DNA from: a virus
Lineage: Duplodnaviria > Caudoviricetes
IMG/VR virus record: IMGVR_UViG_3300033066_001054
Direction: 5' to 3' (one strand)
Length of the DNA stretch: 64,000 nt
This document shows, piece after piece, positions 30,982 to 41,300 of the stretch. The notes beneath the pieces were generated by a model. The model searched no databases. It saw only the letters and a list, made by a program, of their open reading frames with translations, and was not told the DNA's origin. Numbering within the stretch: the stretch's first letter is position 1; every line of letters begins with the position of its first letter. Both the position numbers and the translations under genes were made by a program.

Positions 30982-31367
30982 CTATTTCTCCGACCAGTTT
31001 TCTTTAACCATTCTCGAGCGATTGCCCTTGGGATTTCGTCATGCATTTGGCCAACAACCTCTGGCGTAATTGGGATTTGTTTTTCTGTCTTCTCGTCTTT
31101 TAGATTCCACGCCTTGACAAAATTACAAACGATGCCACGGTATAGGTTCCTGGTTCGAACCATCGCATTTCCAGTAATGTGATTGATAATAGTCGAGTCC
31201 TCGAGAACGCGGGACATTGTGTCGAAATCGCGGCCTTTGCAAGCACAGATGATTTCATCACATTCTTCATCAGACCCAGCACCAAGAAACTCAATTCCTC
31301 CGTCTGGAATCATGCGAAACTTAAAGCGTATTTCGATTGCTGGATTTTGGTCAACAAACAAACTCAT
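30978..31367 (-). CDS. Putative tail assembly chaperone
   Basis: FVKAWNLKDE..IPITPE motif; start MSLFVDQ. Confidence 0.55.
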   Translation of the reverse strand: MSLFVDQNPAIEIRFKFRMIPDGGIEFLGAGSDEECDEIICACKGRDFDTMSRVLEDSTIINHITGNAMVRTRNLYRGIVCNFVKAWNLKDEKTEKQIPITPEVVGQMHDEIPRAIAREWLKKTGRRNR

Positions 31368-31392
31368 TCTATTCAACTTGTACAATGCTGAT

Positions 31393-32190
31393 GTGAGCAG
31401 GAAAGTCGTCATATCTACCGGTTTTGACCGTGCCTATTTCCCGAAGACCAGAGATTACATAGATTCTGTGGCCGAACACGGAGAATTTGACGACTATGTT
31501 GCCCTGTGCCTGAACTTTCTTCCAAATGAATCTGAGGTTTGTGAGCCATGGAGATATGTCTACACAAATGAACACCAGGTCATAGCCCCACACTCCAATA
31601 GATGCATGCAGCACGGTGCGTTCATTAGTTTCTTGAATTTAGACCATGATGATGTGGTTTTGTTTACTGACTCAGATATGCGAATGCAAAGGCGAATGTG
31701 GCCTGAAGAAATGGACATATTGAGAAAGCTAAAACACGGAGAAGTGTTTGTTGGAGAAAACAAAGACGCCAATGAAACCCTGTATGAAGAGGCAAAGTAT
31801 TTGAGACCGTTCGTCCCGGTGGAAAGTCTTACAGATGTGTTCAAAGATACCAATATCAAAACATCGAAATGCTACAACACCGGCGTAATGGCTGCTACGG
31901 TTTCTACATTCTCTGTGATACTCGAGGAATACGCTAGAAATATTGGGAGCACTGATTACATATTCGAGCATTACGCAAGGCAGCAATGGTTGATATCTTA
32001 CATCATTGCATATCGCGGAGACCTGAGAGTGCGTGTGATGCCAGCTACATTTCACACGCATGGTTGTCATGGCGCAAAACCGGGCACTGCATACAATGGA
32101 TTGTCATACACGTATCATGGCGTAGATGTTTTATTTGCTCACAATTTACACCCAAATATGTTTCGTCAAGAAAAATCCATTGCGTTTTGA
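31393..32190 (+). CDS. GT-A fold glycosyltransferase-like protein
   Basis: VLFTDSD (DxD), YNTGV and QQW motifs; GTG 31393 avoids overlap with the divergent gene. Confidence 0.65.
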   Translation: MSRKVVISTGFDRAYFPKTRDYIDSVAEHGEFDDYVALCLNFLPNESEVCEPWRYVYTNEHQVIAPHSNRCMQHGAFISFLNLDHDDVVLFTDSDMRMQRRMWPEEMDILRKLKHGEVFVGENKDANETLYEEAKYLRPFVPVESLTDVFKDTNIKTSKCYNTGVMAATVSTFSVILEEYARNIGSTDYIFEHYARQQWLISYIIAYRGDLRVRVMPATFHTHGCHGAKPGTAYNGLSYTYHGVDVLFAHNLHPNMFRQEKSIAF

Positions 32191-32999
32191 CCAGTAATTG
32201 GAACGTGTAGCTGACGTTCTCGTCTAGAGACCTCTTCGTTGATAATCCCATTGACCTTGCGTGCATGAATTCGATATGCTTCCCAGGGTTCTTCCACCAA
32301 GCTACTCTGAAACTCATGTGGTAAACTTTTCAGTGGTGGTGGGACTCTTCCCATTTGCCAATCAAGGTCGAAGGCGTAAATATAGTTGCTTGCGCCGACA
32401 GGCACGCAGGAGCGGCCTAGTTTGTTGGTCAGAATGGCTTCCTGGGCGCGTCTAGTGTATTCTATGTGTTCGTAGCCATAAATGCCGTAACGTTCGTCAA
32501 ATCCGCCTATAACGTCAAGACAATGCCTTGTCATAAACATCAGCACGCCGAGCTCAGCATTGTACTCTTCAACACCGAATGCTTTGCCAACAGGTGCATA
32601 GGGGCCAATGTGTGCGTTATAGAGCAGATGATGGCAGCCACTGTGCTTATAGCAGTTGACATAAAGTTCGTCCCATCCAGTCTGTTTGGGAAAGCAGTCA
32701 TCATCAAACAGGAAACAATAGTCACAATCACCAAGTCGTTCCAGGCATTGATTTTTGGCTTTGGCAATACCCATTCTTTCACTAGCGTAGACATAGCTCA
32801 TTGAAAACCCATGCTCTACACATGATTGCTCATTCATGTTGGCGATATCTTCGTCACTATTGTCATCAAGTACAAAAAACGAATAATCAAGTCCGGGTTT
32901 GAACACAGCGAAATGTCTAAGACAGACCGAGAGAACCTCTGGTCTGTTTCTGGTTGTGATTGCGATACCGATTTTCTCTGAATTCATTACATGCCCCAC
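32166..32999 (-). CDS. GT2-family glycosyltransferase
   Basis: AITTRNR, DDNS, GIAKAKN, LFDDD, GGFDERY..YGYEH; paralogue of 27165-27938. Confidence 0.85.
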   Translation of the reverse strand: MGHVMNSEKIGIAITTRNRPEVLSVCLRHFAVFKPGLDYSFFVLDDNSDEDIANMNEQSCVEHGFSMSYVYASERMGIAKAKNQCLERLGDCDYCFLFDDDCFPKQTGWDELYVNCYKHSGCHHLLYNAHIGPYAPVGKAFGVEEYNAELGVLMFMTRHCLDVIGGFDERYGIYGYEHIEYTRRAQEAILTNKLGRSCVPVGASNYIYAFDLDWQMGRVPPPLKSLPHEFQSSLVEEPWEAYRIHARKVNGIINEEVSRRERQLHVPITGQNAMDFS

Positions 33000-33661
33000 T
33001 TATCGGCAAACACTTGCCGTAATCCATATGTTTTGTTAATTTTGTCTTTTGGGTCTAGGAGTTCATGAGACTGTGACTCAAGATGTGTTACAAGTGAAGA
33101 TGTGACAAGCGCATGTTTCTTCTTGGTGCATCTAAGGTATTGAGCCAAATCGTTATCCTGAAACCAAAAACTGAACGCCTCATCAAGTGGCATGATATGC
33201 TTCAATGTGTCTTGTTTCATAACCAGACACCATCCGCAAAAATGGATACCAGATTCAAAACCGGGCAATATTCCATTATCATAAGGTCTGTGTGCTTCCC
33301 ATATTGGGCATTTTGGAGACGCGGAATCTAGATTGTGCTCTTTCATCTTGTCGACAATCTCAGAAAACCAGCCATTATGACATAAAATATCATTGTTCAT
33401 AATGATGACATATTCGCTTGTGCATTCTGGCAAAGCCATGTTCAGATACTGGTTGTAATTGAACGGCAAATTTGGTTGAATTACACGATGCACAATATCA
33501 TTGTATGTCATACCACCAAGTTCTGGTGCAGTTTCAACTAAATGCACCCTAAAACCCCAATCGTTTTCCGAAGAATGCAACGATTCTATGCAGTGGCGCG
33601 TCATTGCATAGAATCGTTCGTTTTTCGTATAGCTCAGAATAACAACATCGACTATTTTCAT
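32987..33661 (-). CDS. GT2-family glycosyltransferase
   Basis: VVILSY, FNYN..LN, MNND, FQDND, HLESQS. Confidence 0.85.
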   Translation of the reverse strand: MKIVDVVILSYTKNERFYAMTRHCIESLHSSENDWGFRVHLVETAPELGGMTYNDIVHRVIQPNLPFNYNQYLNMALPECTSEYVIIMNNDILCHNGWFSEIVDKMKEHNLDSASPKCPIWEAHRPYDNGILPGFESGIHFCGWCLVMKQDTLKHIMPLDEAFSFWFQDNDLAQYLRCTKKKHALVTSSLVTHLESQSHELLDPKDKINKTYGLRQVFADKWGM

Positions 33662-35022
33662 CAGCTTGTAATGTATGTCATGGCTGGAAGGTCTTCATAC
33701 ACATCAGTGACCATAGTCCACTGAACCTGTCTGGTTTGCGCTTCTTTAGACTGACCCGTGCCACTCGAGGGAGCCCAAACCACATGAGGCACCTCAAGTC
33801 TGAAAGTGTCTGCTGAAATCCTTAGCCCATTTTGTCCAATTCCATTTGGCCCTGATAATCGCTCAGCAAGTGCCCATGGTTCTATTGGTGCTTTGTATGT
33901 AATCGTTCCATTCACTATGCGACTTTCTACGGCAAGTGCAAACGGAAATGCGTTTAGCATCTCTCGAGTTGCCGAATTGTCGTATTCTGCTCGCTCAGGT
34001 TCGATTCCAACTGCATGCATAGAATGTATTGGTATGATATTATGTTCGATTTTGAATGTGAATTCTTGTATACTGGTTGGCAACAGGTTAATTCCAGAAA
34101 ATCCTCTAAACAGCGGGCTGTCAACAACGCCATCCATACCAAAAGACCATGAGTCAGAAGCAATTGACTCAATCACTACAGCAGTGTGACCAACCATACG
34201 TGCAGGTGGTTGAGCGGCGTAGGCCGCAACAATTGCCGCTGATTCATTTCGAATTGCCATTTGATGATATCTGTCAAGTCTGTATGCATTGATTTCGGAT
34301 GAAACCTTGATTGGCTGGCCTGGCTTAAAAGAAAGCTCTATGCTTTTTACAAGACATCCTGTCAGCAATCCCTCTCGTAGTGAGACAAGAGAGAAGGCCC
34401 GTTCGTGAAATATATCAGTTGCAGCGCGAAGTGGCGCAAATATCTGTGTCTCAGATGTCGTAGTCCTTCCAATTGCTCCAGAAAACGTGAATTTACCAAG
34501 GCGTTTGTTGACGCTTGTTACAGTTGCTGAACTCGTAATCCCATTGTCAATAATACTAACAGTGAATGGTGTTGACAATCTAACAAAATCAGCAGCGTTA
34601 TCTACTAACAACTCAGTTGCAGAGGGTGCCATGGTTTGACGACATCTGGTTAATGCAACGGTTGGAGTGCCCGCATACGAAAGCCTGGTCATGTGATACA
34701 AGTCCGCAAAAGCCGGGTCGACCCATCCCTGAATTGGACTTTGTAGTGGCATATCGAGTGTCGCAGAAATGGTCAGCGGCGGCACCATAAAGTTGCTTGG
34801 GTCTACTGATTCTCCAGCGGACTTCTCGGTGACCTTTGGTGCCTGGTCTACGTTTAATCGAAACGAACTGGCTGCGAGAATGGTGCGCGGTACGACCTCA
34901 TCTACTATGTCAATTGCATATAGCGGTTCGCTTGGTTCGTTGCGCACAATAGCCAAGAGGTCTACAAACCCCTCGTGAAACCCAAGCATTCCGAGACTAC
35001 TATAGATTGATTGAACAGACAT
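33661..35022 (-). CDS. Tail tube-like protein with an inserted domain
   Basis: GCLVKSIELSF, EFTFKIEHN and RIVNGTITY pattern; start MSVQS overlaps the upstream stop. Confidence 0.5.
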   Translation of the reverse strand: MSVQSIYSSLGMLGFHEGFVDLLAIVRNEPSEPLYAIDIVDEVVPRTILAASSFRLNVDQAPKVTEKSAGESVDPSNFMVPPLTISATLDMPLQSPIQGWVDPAFADLYHMTRLSYAGTPTVALTRCRQTMAPSATELLVDNAADFVRLSTPFTVSIIDNGITSSATVTSVNKRLGKFTFSGAIGRTTTSETQIFAPLRAATDIFHERAFSLVSLREGLLTGCLVKSIELSFKPGQPIKVSSEINAYRLDRYHQMAIRNESAAIVAAYAAQPPARMVGHTAVVIESIASDSWSFGMDGVVDSPLFRGFSGINLLPTSIQEFTFKIEHNIIPIHSMHAVGIEPERAEYDNSATREMLNAFPFALAVESRIVNGTITYKAPIEPWALAERLSGPNGIGQNGLRISADTFRLEVPHVVWAPSSGTGQSKEAQTRQVQWTMVTDVYEDLPAMTYITS

Positions 35023-37454
35023 TACGGCACCGTTTCTACTGTGACAAAATCGTATAAACTCCAAGCAATACGATAATTTGCATCCATGCTTAGGTCAGTG
35101 CCAGGTGTAATGAGAACCTCGTCAACTCTGTCAAATAAATCTGATTCAGAGCCCACGAGAAACTCAGTGCCTCGAATGGTGTTTTGCGGGACTGTCACAC
35201 TGAATGTTTGTGGCGTGCCCGTCGCTCCGAGTCGAGCGGTAACCGTGACAATCAATTCATTCTTCGTCGGACTGTTTTCTGGGTCTGACAAATCATACTC
35301 ATCATCGCCGGCGAATGCAACAACCGGGTCTCGACCGCGAATCAATGTGTTTGCTTCTACAGGCGGAACATATACGCGTAGTCTTCGCGGTTCTAGTGCA
35401 ATATCACCTGTTAGCCTGAGTCCGCGTTGTGTCACTGCTTGTCCTGCGACACCACTGTCGATATAACCGTACATTGGGTGAATGTATGCTGTTAGATTGT
35501 TGACCGTAGACCACGTCGGCGGTGTTGTGGCTGTTGCATATTTACCAGTTGCAACTGCTGACGATGCGACAAAACGAATGTTTCCGCCTGTGGGTGCCGC
35601 AGACTGTTCCATGACAAGCCAGTAGTCATTGCCATCAGTTAGATTTGCTGAGCACTTTAGCAAAATAGTTCTTGTGGTTGCTGTCAAATCACCATATGGC
35701 ACCGTGTCTGTAATTGTAGCCACGACGCTTCCTGGTACACCCGCATTGTCATTATAGATGTAAAACGTCAAGGTTTCTAATGGATTAGACAATGTGGCCG
35801 ATGTTTGAACCTGGCATCTAATACCCTGGAGCAGTGTCCCAGAAGCAGTGAATTTGATAGCTTCAAATGCCGTGGACATGGTTCTGGTGGTGTCATATGT
35901 GAGTCCTGGGAATGTGTATGAACCATAGCCTGTAACTTCGCCAACTTCAGTTAAACGATAGTCAATCTGGTCCCCAACCAAATTTGAACGACGATAGACA
36001 TGGTAGAAAAGAGCATCGGTTACTTCATCGAACTCAATATGATTAACAAAATAAGACGGGCTTGAGTAACTTGCGTTTGCAGTGGCGTATGTGACCGGTG
36101 TTTCACCATTGTTGGTTACCGCACTGACTCCATAGATATACGTGCCGCGACTCATTGAGAAAGACTCACCTGTCCAATACACATCATCTGAACGATAACT
36201 GGTTCCTGTGACATTAGTCGGGGCATCGCCCACAATTCCATATGCATAATCAAACAAGTCGCCACGGAAAATAGCAAATGTGTGCTGTACGTCAACGCCT
36301 CTGATATCGTAATACGCCCGAGCAAAATTACGAGGGAACTCAAATCTCTCGAGGCCTGCGAATGAAATACCTCGAGCGAAATAGCTAGATGGCTTAAACG
36401 AGCGAGTTGCCCAATATGTTCTGAAATCCTGGTCTGGTGCATCGGCTACCTGAGCGGTATATTCTTCCATAGCGGCCATCATGTTGGCCAAACTAGCATT
36501 GTCCCTGGCTTGCTTCAATGCAATTCTGGTTTGCTTTGCTGCTCTTGTGATAGTACTTGCATCAGCAGAGCCAAAAATTGGATTGGTTGAGTCAGGTGAC
36601 GGATAAGCCTGAACAGTTCTAAGAATCACCGGTTCGCCAGCATCTTCTGTTAGTTCTGGGTCTTCTGGCGTGCCAGCAAGCATGTCTGCGACAGGAAGCC
36701 ACGTGTCTGGCAACGGTGGAAAGTAATAGAACGTTTCTGGATTTGTGCCACCATGAAGCACTGGCAAGCCATACAACACAGACAGCCTTGGTTCGTACAC
36801 AAAATACACAGGTGAGCCAGAGGCAATTGATGATGAAATGCGGCCGTATCGAAGAGGGTCGCTGACTAGTCCAACGCCATTATCATAGCTAGGGTCTACA
36901 ACAAGTGCGGTGCCGGCTGTATTTACGCCAGAGAACCTGACAAACACATTGTTAACATGTGCTGATACAGGAAACCCAAGTGATTCGACCAGACTGATGT
37001 TATTGATTGGTAATTCAGTAGCGTTTGCAGACGTAGATGCAGAAGTCGTTGTGGAATAAGACTGAGTAGCACGTTCGGCTTCCGTAAGTGAAAAGCCAAC
37101 CCTGATACCATATAGATACCCAGCGCCATATGTGTCTGCAAATACCCTTCGGATTGCAATTTTTTGTGCTGGGATTACCAGCCTTTGTCCATTATATCCG
37201 ACTTCTCCAGAACTGAAATTCACAAAGTACTTATCGTTGACACTATCATATGAACCAGTGAATCCCGCTGGTGTTGTCTCCAAAATACCAAAAGCAGGTA
37301 GTTGATTTGAGGCCAGTTGCTCGAGTTGGTACAATTCAAAAGTCGCGCTCTTTGGAGTCGTTTCATTGCCGACACCATCTTGCACTGCTACATGCATGTC
37401 GCCTATTGCTCTGACTAATTCGTAAATGTATTCTTCAACCATATCTATGCTCAC
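35022..37454 (-). CDS. Virion structural protein (tail/baseplate region)
   Basis: 810 aa; FN3-like YIYGVSAV..GET motif and a DNAGVPG..YWLV module. Confidence 0.55.
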   Translation of the reverse strand: MSIDMVEEYIYELVRAIGDMHVAVQDGVGNETTPKSATFELYQLEQLASNQLPAFGILETTPAGFTGSYDSVNDKYFVNFSSGEVGYNGQRLVIPAQKIAIRRVFADTYGAGYLYGIRVGFSLTEAERATQSYSTTTSASTSANATELPINNISLVESLGFPVSAHVNNVFVRFSGVNTAGTALVVDPSYDNGVGLVSDPLRYGRISSSIASGSPVYFVYEPRLSVLYGLPVLHGGTNPETFYYFPPLPDTWLPVADMLAGTPEDPELTEDAGEPVILRTVQAYPSPDSTNPIFGSADASTITRAAKQTRIALKQARDNASLANMMAAMEEYTAQVADAPDQDFRTYWATRSFKPSSYFARGISFAGLERFEFPRNFARAYYDIRGVDVQHTFAIFRGDLFDYAYGIVGDAPTNVTGTSYRSDDVYWTGESFSMSRGTYIYGVSAVTNNGETPVTYATANASYSSPSYFVNHIEFDEVTDALFYHVYRRSNLVGDQIDYRLTEVGEVTGYGSYTFPGLTYDTTRTMSTAFEAIKFTASGTLLQGIRCQVQTSATLSNPLETLTFYIYNDNAGVPGSVVATITDTVPYGDLTATTRTILLKCSANLTDGNDYWLVMEQSAAPTGGNIRFVASSAVATGKYATATTPPTWSTVNNLTAYIHPMYGYIDSGVAGQAVTQRGLRLTGDIALEPRRLRVYVPPVEANTLIRGRDPVVAFAGDDEYDLSDPENSPTKNELIVTVTARLGATGTPQTFSVTVPQNTIRGTEFLVGSESDLFDRVDEVLITPGTDLSMDANYRIAWSLYDFVTVETVP

Positions 37455-38335
37455 GGCAAAATGATGTTCAGCTCGTCCAGTAAGTATTGTTTCAGTCTCT
37501 GTGGCATATCATCACTATATGTCGTCCAATAATCCACAAAGTCTGGCGTCCACGCCGTTAAATCAACCCATGCACTAACGAAATTGTACAGCGAGAGAGC
37601 TGCTTGGTCTGCAATCTCTGCTTGAGAACGCCAGTTGCTGATTGCACTTGGATTAAAGTATGCAGCGCTGATTTCATCGGCAAAACCACCCCATGCCCTT
37701 GGTGACCTTTTGTCTGCAAAATACACCTTGGCTTCAGTCAAGCTGGTTGAGCCAGGGATATAATTGTCAACACTAATGACAAATCGCTGCAACTCTAGGT
37801 ATTCAACTTCGTCACCTGGGTCTGTAATAGTGAACACAGACATATATTCACTATTCACAAGTTCAAGCGCTTCTTGAACTGAAATTGTTCTTCCTATGAG
37901 CAAAGGTGAGCCCTCGTTGGTCGCGCCGCCCTTGAATGGCAGCGCGTTGATATCCAGAAACGGAGTAGTGGACACTTTGTATGCTACAGCGTATGTGGCG
38001 CCGAAAACATAAACGTCATTGAGCGGACGAGCACCCAAGAACACATTATAATCAAACGCTACTTCATACGGTGATGAATCGTATTTTGCAGTCGGTGTTG
38101 CGTCGCCGTATTTTCGAAACAGACCAGTACCAACCACTACAGGCTTCAAGGCATTGCTTGCATCTGATGGCTCGACCCAACAAGCACCGAACGAGCACTC
38201 TAAATTCCTTGAGGACAATGCTGTACCTATGGCCATTTCTGCTGACGATAAGGCGCGGTCTTCAGCAGACAAAAACTTGTCTACTGATACCACAACTGCA
38301 TTAACTATTTCTGCGCTTAAGAATGGTTGTGACAT
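37451..38335 (-). CDS. Hypothetical structural protein
   Basis: 294 aa in a coupled operon. Confidence 0.5.
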   Translation of the reverse strand: MSQPFLSAEIVNAVVVSVDKFLSAEDRALSSAEMAIGTALSSRNLECSFGACWVEPSDASNALKPVVVGTGLFRKYGDATPTAKYDSSPYEVAFDYNVFLGARPLNDVYVFGATYAVAYKVSTTPFLDINALPFKGGATNEGSPLLIGRTISVQEALELVNSEYMSVFTITDPGDEVEYLELQRFVISVDNYIPGSTSLTEAKVYFADKRSPRAWGGFADEISAAYFNPSAISNWRSQAEIADQAALSLYNFVSAWVDLTAWTPDFVDYWTTYSDDMPQRLKQYLLDELNIILP

Positions 38336-41300
38336 CAGCTACTCCTTATTACTATGACATCACCAGGTGGGGCGCCGTCTGTATATGTTTCTAGTTCTTC
38401 TTGTGTTTTAGCCACTGCCAAATATGCAATACCGTCTGCTAGTTCCGGACCAAGAGTTACTGCCGTTGGTGCAACTGCGTATGATGTGTCTGGGCTGATA
38501 AGTTCTGGAATTGGATTGGTTGTTGAGTACCAAAACAGCTTTAGTTTTTGCGTTGTTGTATCTCTGTAATGCTCTACTACAATCGTGTATGTGTTTGATT
38601 GGTCAAGCGGGCCAGGAATAACATAACTTACTGGCACATACGAAGGCGAATCCCATGTATCTATTACAGGTGTATCCATGTCTTCAAAGTACACACGCGC
38701 ACCAGTGTTTGCCTCTAACACCAAAGTGTATACCTCATCATCGTACAGTGGTCTAAAATTGCCTTCAAATCTTGCATTCCAGCTTTGGCCTAGTTCATCA
38801 TCATCTCCTTCATAGTTTTCATAATTGATACTCTCTACAATTACATCTGTTGTAGGCTCGTCAGTGATGTCTAGGTCTTTCTCATCGCCAGAGGTCTTTG
38901 CCCAGAACTGAGCCCTCCAACCAGGAGCAGGTTCAAGGTGTATGATGTCTTTTTCAACGACGCGGCCGTCAACCCATAGTTTGACCTTTACAAATATGTC
39001 TCGACTTCTTGGTGCATATTCCCATGATGCAGTGTTAGAGTTATAGAATGCTCGAGGATAAATCGACAACTCCGATGGCTCTTCGAGTTGTCTCGAGGTG
39101 TATGACCAAAATGTGTCAACTTTGTATACGTTGCTTTTTGTGTTGACTGCGGTATATCTGCGTTGGTCGTTTGGGGGTGGTAAATGTTCTGTGATGTTTG
39201 GGGTGTCGCGATTGAATGCGCCCAGAACTGCATATGTTTGTTGATAACAGTCTAGCCAAACATCTGATGAATGTGCAACCCACGTATCATCAGGGTGTCG
39301 ATGTGCCACATACCCATTTGTGACATCGCTTGTGTCTTTGGGCACAAACACCCATCCGCCGCGTGGCGTTTCATCGAAGTAAAACTCTGCCCAGTAAGTG
39401 CCGGCAGACAATGTGTCTTCTGTTTCAAATTTGTATTCAACCAGGCTGTCTGTAATGCTGCGCATCTCTGGACCTGTGGCTGTGGTCACCTCAACACCAG
39501 ACGGAAAGTCTGCGACACTGGTAACAATGCGCATCCTGACCCTTTTACCAGTTCCATTCAGCAATGTACCATATGGATTTTCTTCCTGCAGAATAGCCGA
39601 AAGCAAAACACCGATACGGTCTGTGTCGCTTGGAACTGTTATCTTGATTGCTGTTTTGTCATAGCACAAAACCTCTTCGTAATATCCATCTTCTTGGTTA
39701 AACACAGGTGTTATTGTTTCGGTTTCTCCGTTGTATCCAGAAAGCCAAATAGTCCCAGATACCGGAGTCCAATCTGGTGTATCACGACCAGCATCGTAGT
39801 GCCATGCTGTAAGTGTAACTGGCTCTGTTTTAGATTCAACTGCAACAAATCCCCATGGCATTGCCTCTGTGGGTTCAATAACAAACCAGTAGACCCTTGC
39901 TTGTGCAAAGTTATGATTCAAGAAGAACTCTTTTTCAGTAAAATCAATGTCTGATATTGAATCAAATGTTACTGTGCCACCAGTTGCAATCAAATTTCCA
40001 GGCAATCCATCAACACTAGAGTACAGCGAAGCACGCAGCCCGGCACCTGGAGAATTAGTAAACTCACCGTCATATGATGACTTTCTAAGCCTGAGCTTAA
40101 ACCCAGATATACCACTGTCAACCGAAGTTACAATCTTGGTTGCAAAAGCCGGAAGTACAATTGCTGTTTCGTGGCCGGTATTGGATGTTTTGTCCAAGCC
40201 TGGGTCTTCTGACGCCAACACCTGATTGCCATATGACTCGAGCAAAGATGGGTCTAGTCCGCTTGGCGCGATGGTAAACGAATCTCCACGAGCGACCTCT
40301 GGTTCTACGGGTTCGTCTGGGGTTGACGAATCTGCAAAATCAAAGAAGCCGTTAAGATTGTTGACCCAATATGGAGAGTCATATGACGCAAGTTGCGACA
40401 CACAAACTCCAAGTTCGTCAAGTGAGATGAATTTGTTATCATACTGCCTTAGGTCAATAATCAAAAATTGCCCGCCGTTGTCAAGGAAATCTCTGACTGC
40501 ATCGTCTATTTGTTCTTGTGAATACCCTTGGTTCTCAAGATTCTTTCTGAATTGCTCTTCTGTAACTAGTGTTTCATCATCCGGTGACACCACACGAGTG
40601 TTGATAATACGATAGTCACGCATAGACAAGTCGGGGATTACGCCGGCGTATCCGTGTAATCGAAATTCGTTCATGTACTGCAGGGTGTCTTTTTTGAAGT
40701 AACCCAGTGTTGACAATCCCGCTGCTATTCTTGCGTCGTATTCGCTGTCGGAAAGATAGTATTTTGATGCAGTGACGTACAGGTCTTTCTCAAATTGATT
40801 TTCGTCAAAGTCTTGTAATTTAAGCCTAAGAGTGTAGTCATTTGTAAGTCTGTCAGCAGAACTATCTGATGTAATCGCGTCGCACTGGTCTGATTCATCC
40901 ATGAACACTTCAAACGTATTTGAGACGTCAAGTACTTCGCCTGTTGTGCTCAGCAAATTTGAATCAAGCCTTGCCATAACTGTTGACGGTGGACGAGTTG
41001 CAATGTCTGAAACCACCCTGCGCTCATCAGCATCAAACTCAAATGATTGATAACCGTCTTCTGGCACCAATTCACTGTTTATTGGTGTTTTTAGCGCGGC
41101 TCTGAAAGCCTTGGACGACGTGTTGTTTTCGTTTCTGAGATTCGACAGTCCAGTAAGGATGGTATTTGGTAAATAAGCACCAGGGGGTAGTAGACCATAC
41201 GCCAGGCTCGAAATTGGTGTATCAATCGAGTACAATCTTAACTCAAGCAACGACAGATACAATGCAAATAACAGTCTCTCAATTGCGTCTGGGTCTTCAA

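Noticed and set aside
31183-31412. Long overlap of two divergent genes as given by the ORF track
   Set aside because: Starts at 31393 (+) and 31367 (-) remove the overlap and flank a shared TTGTACAA element.
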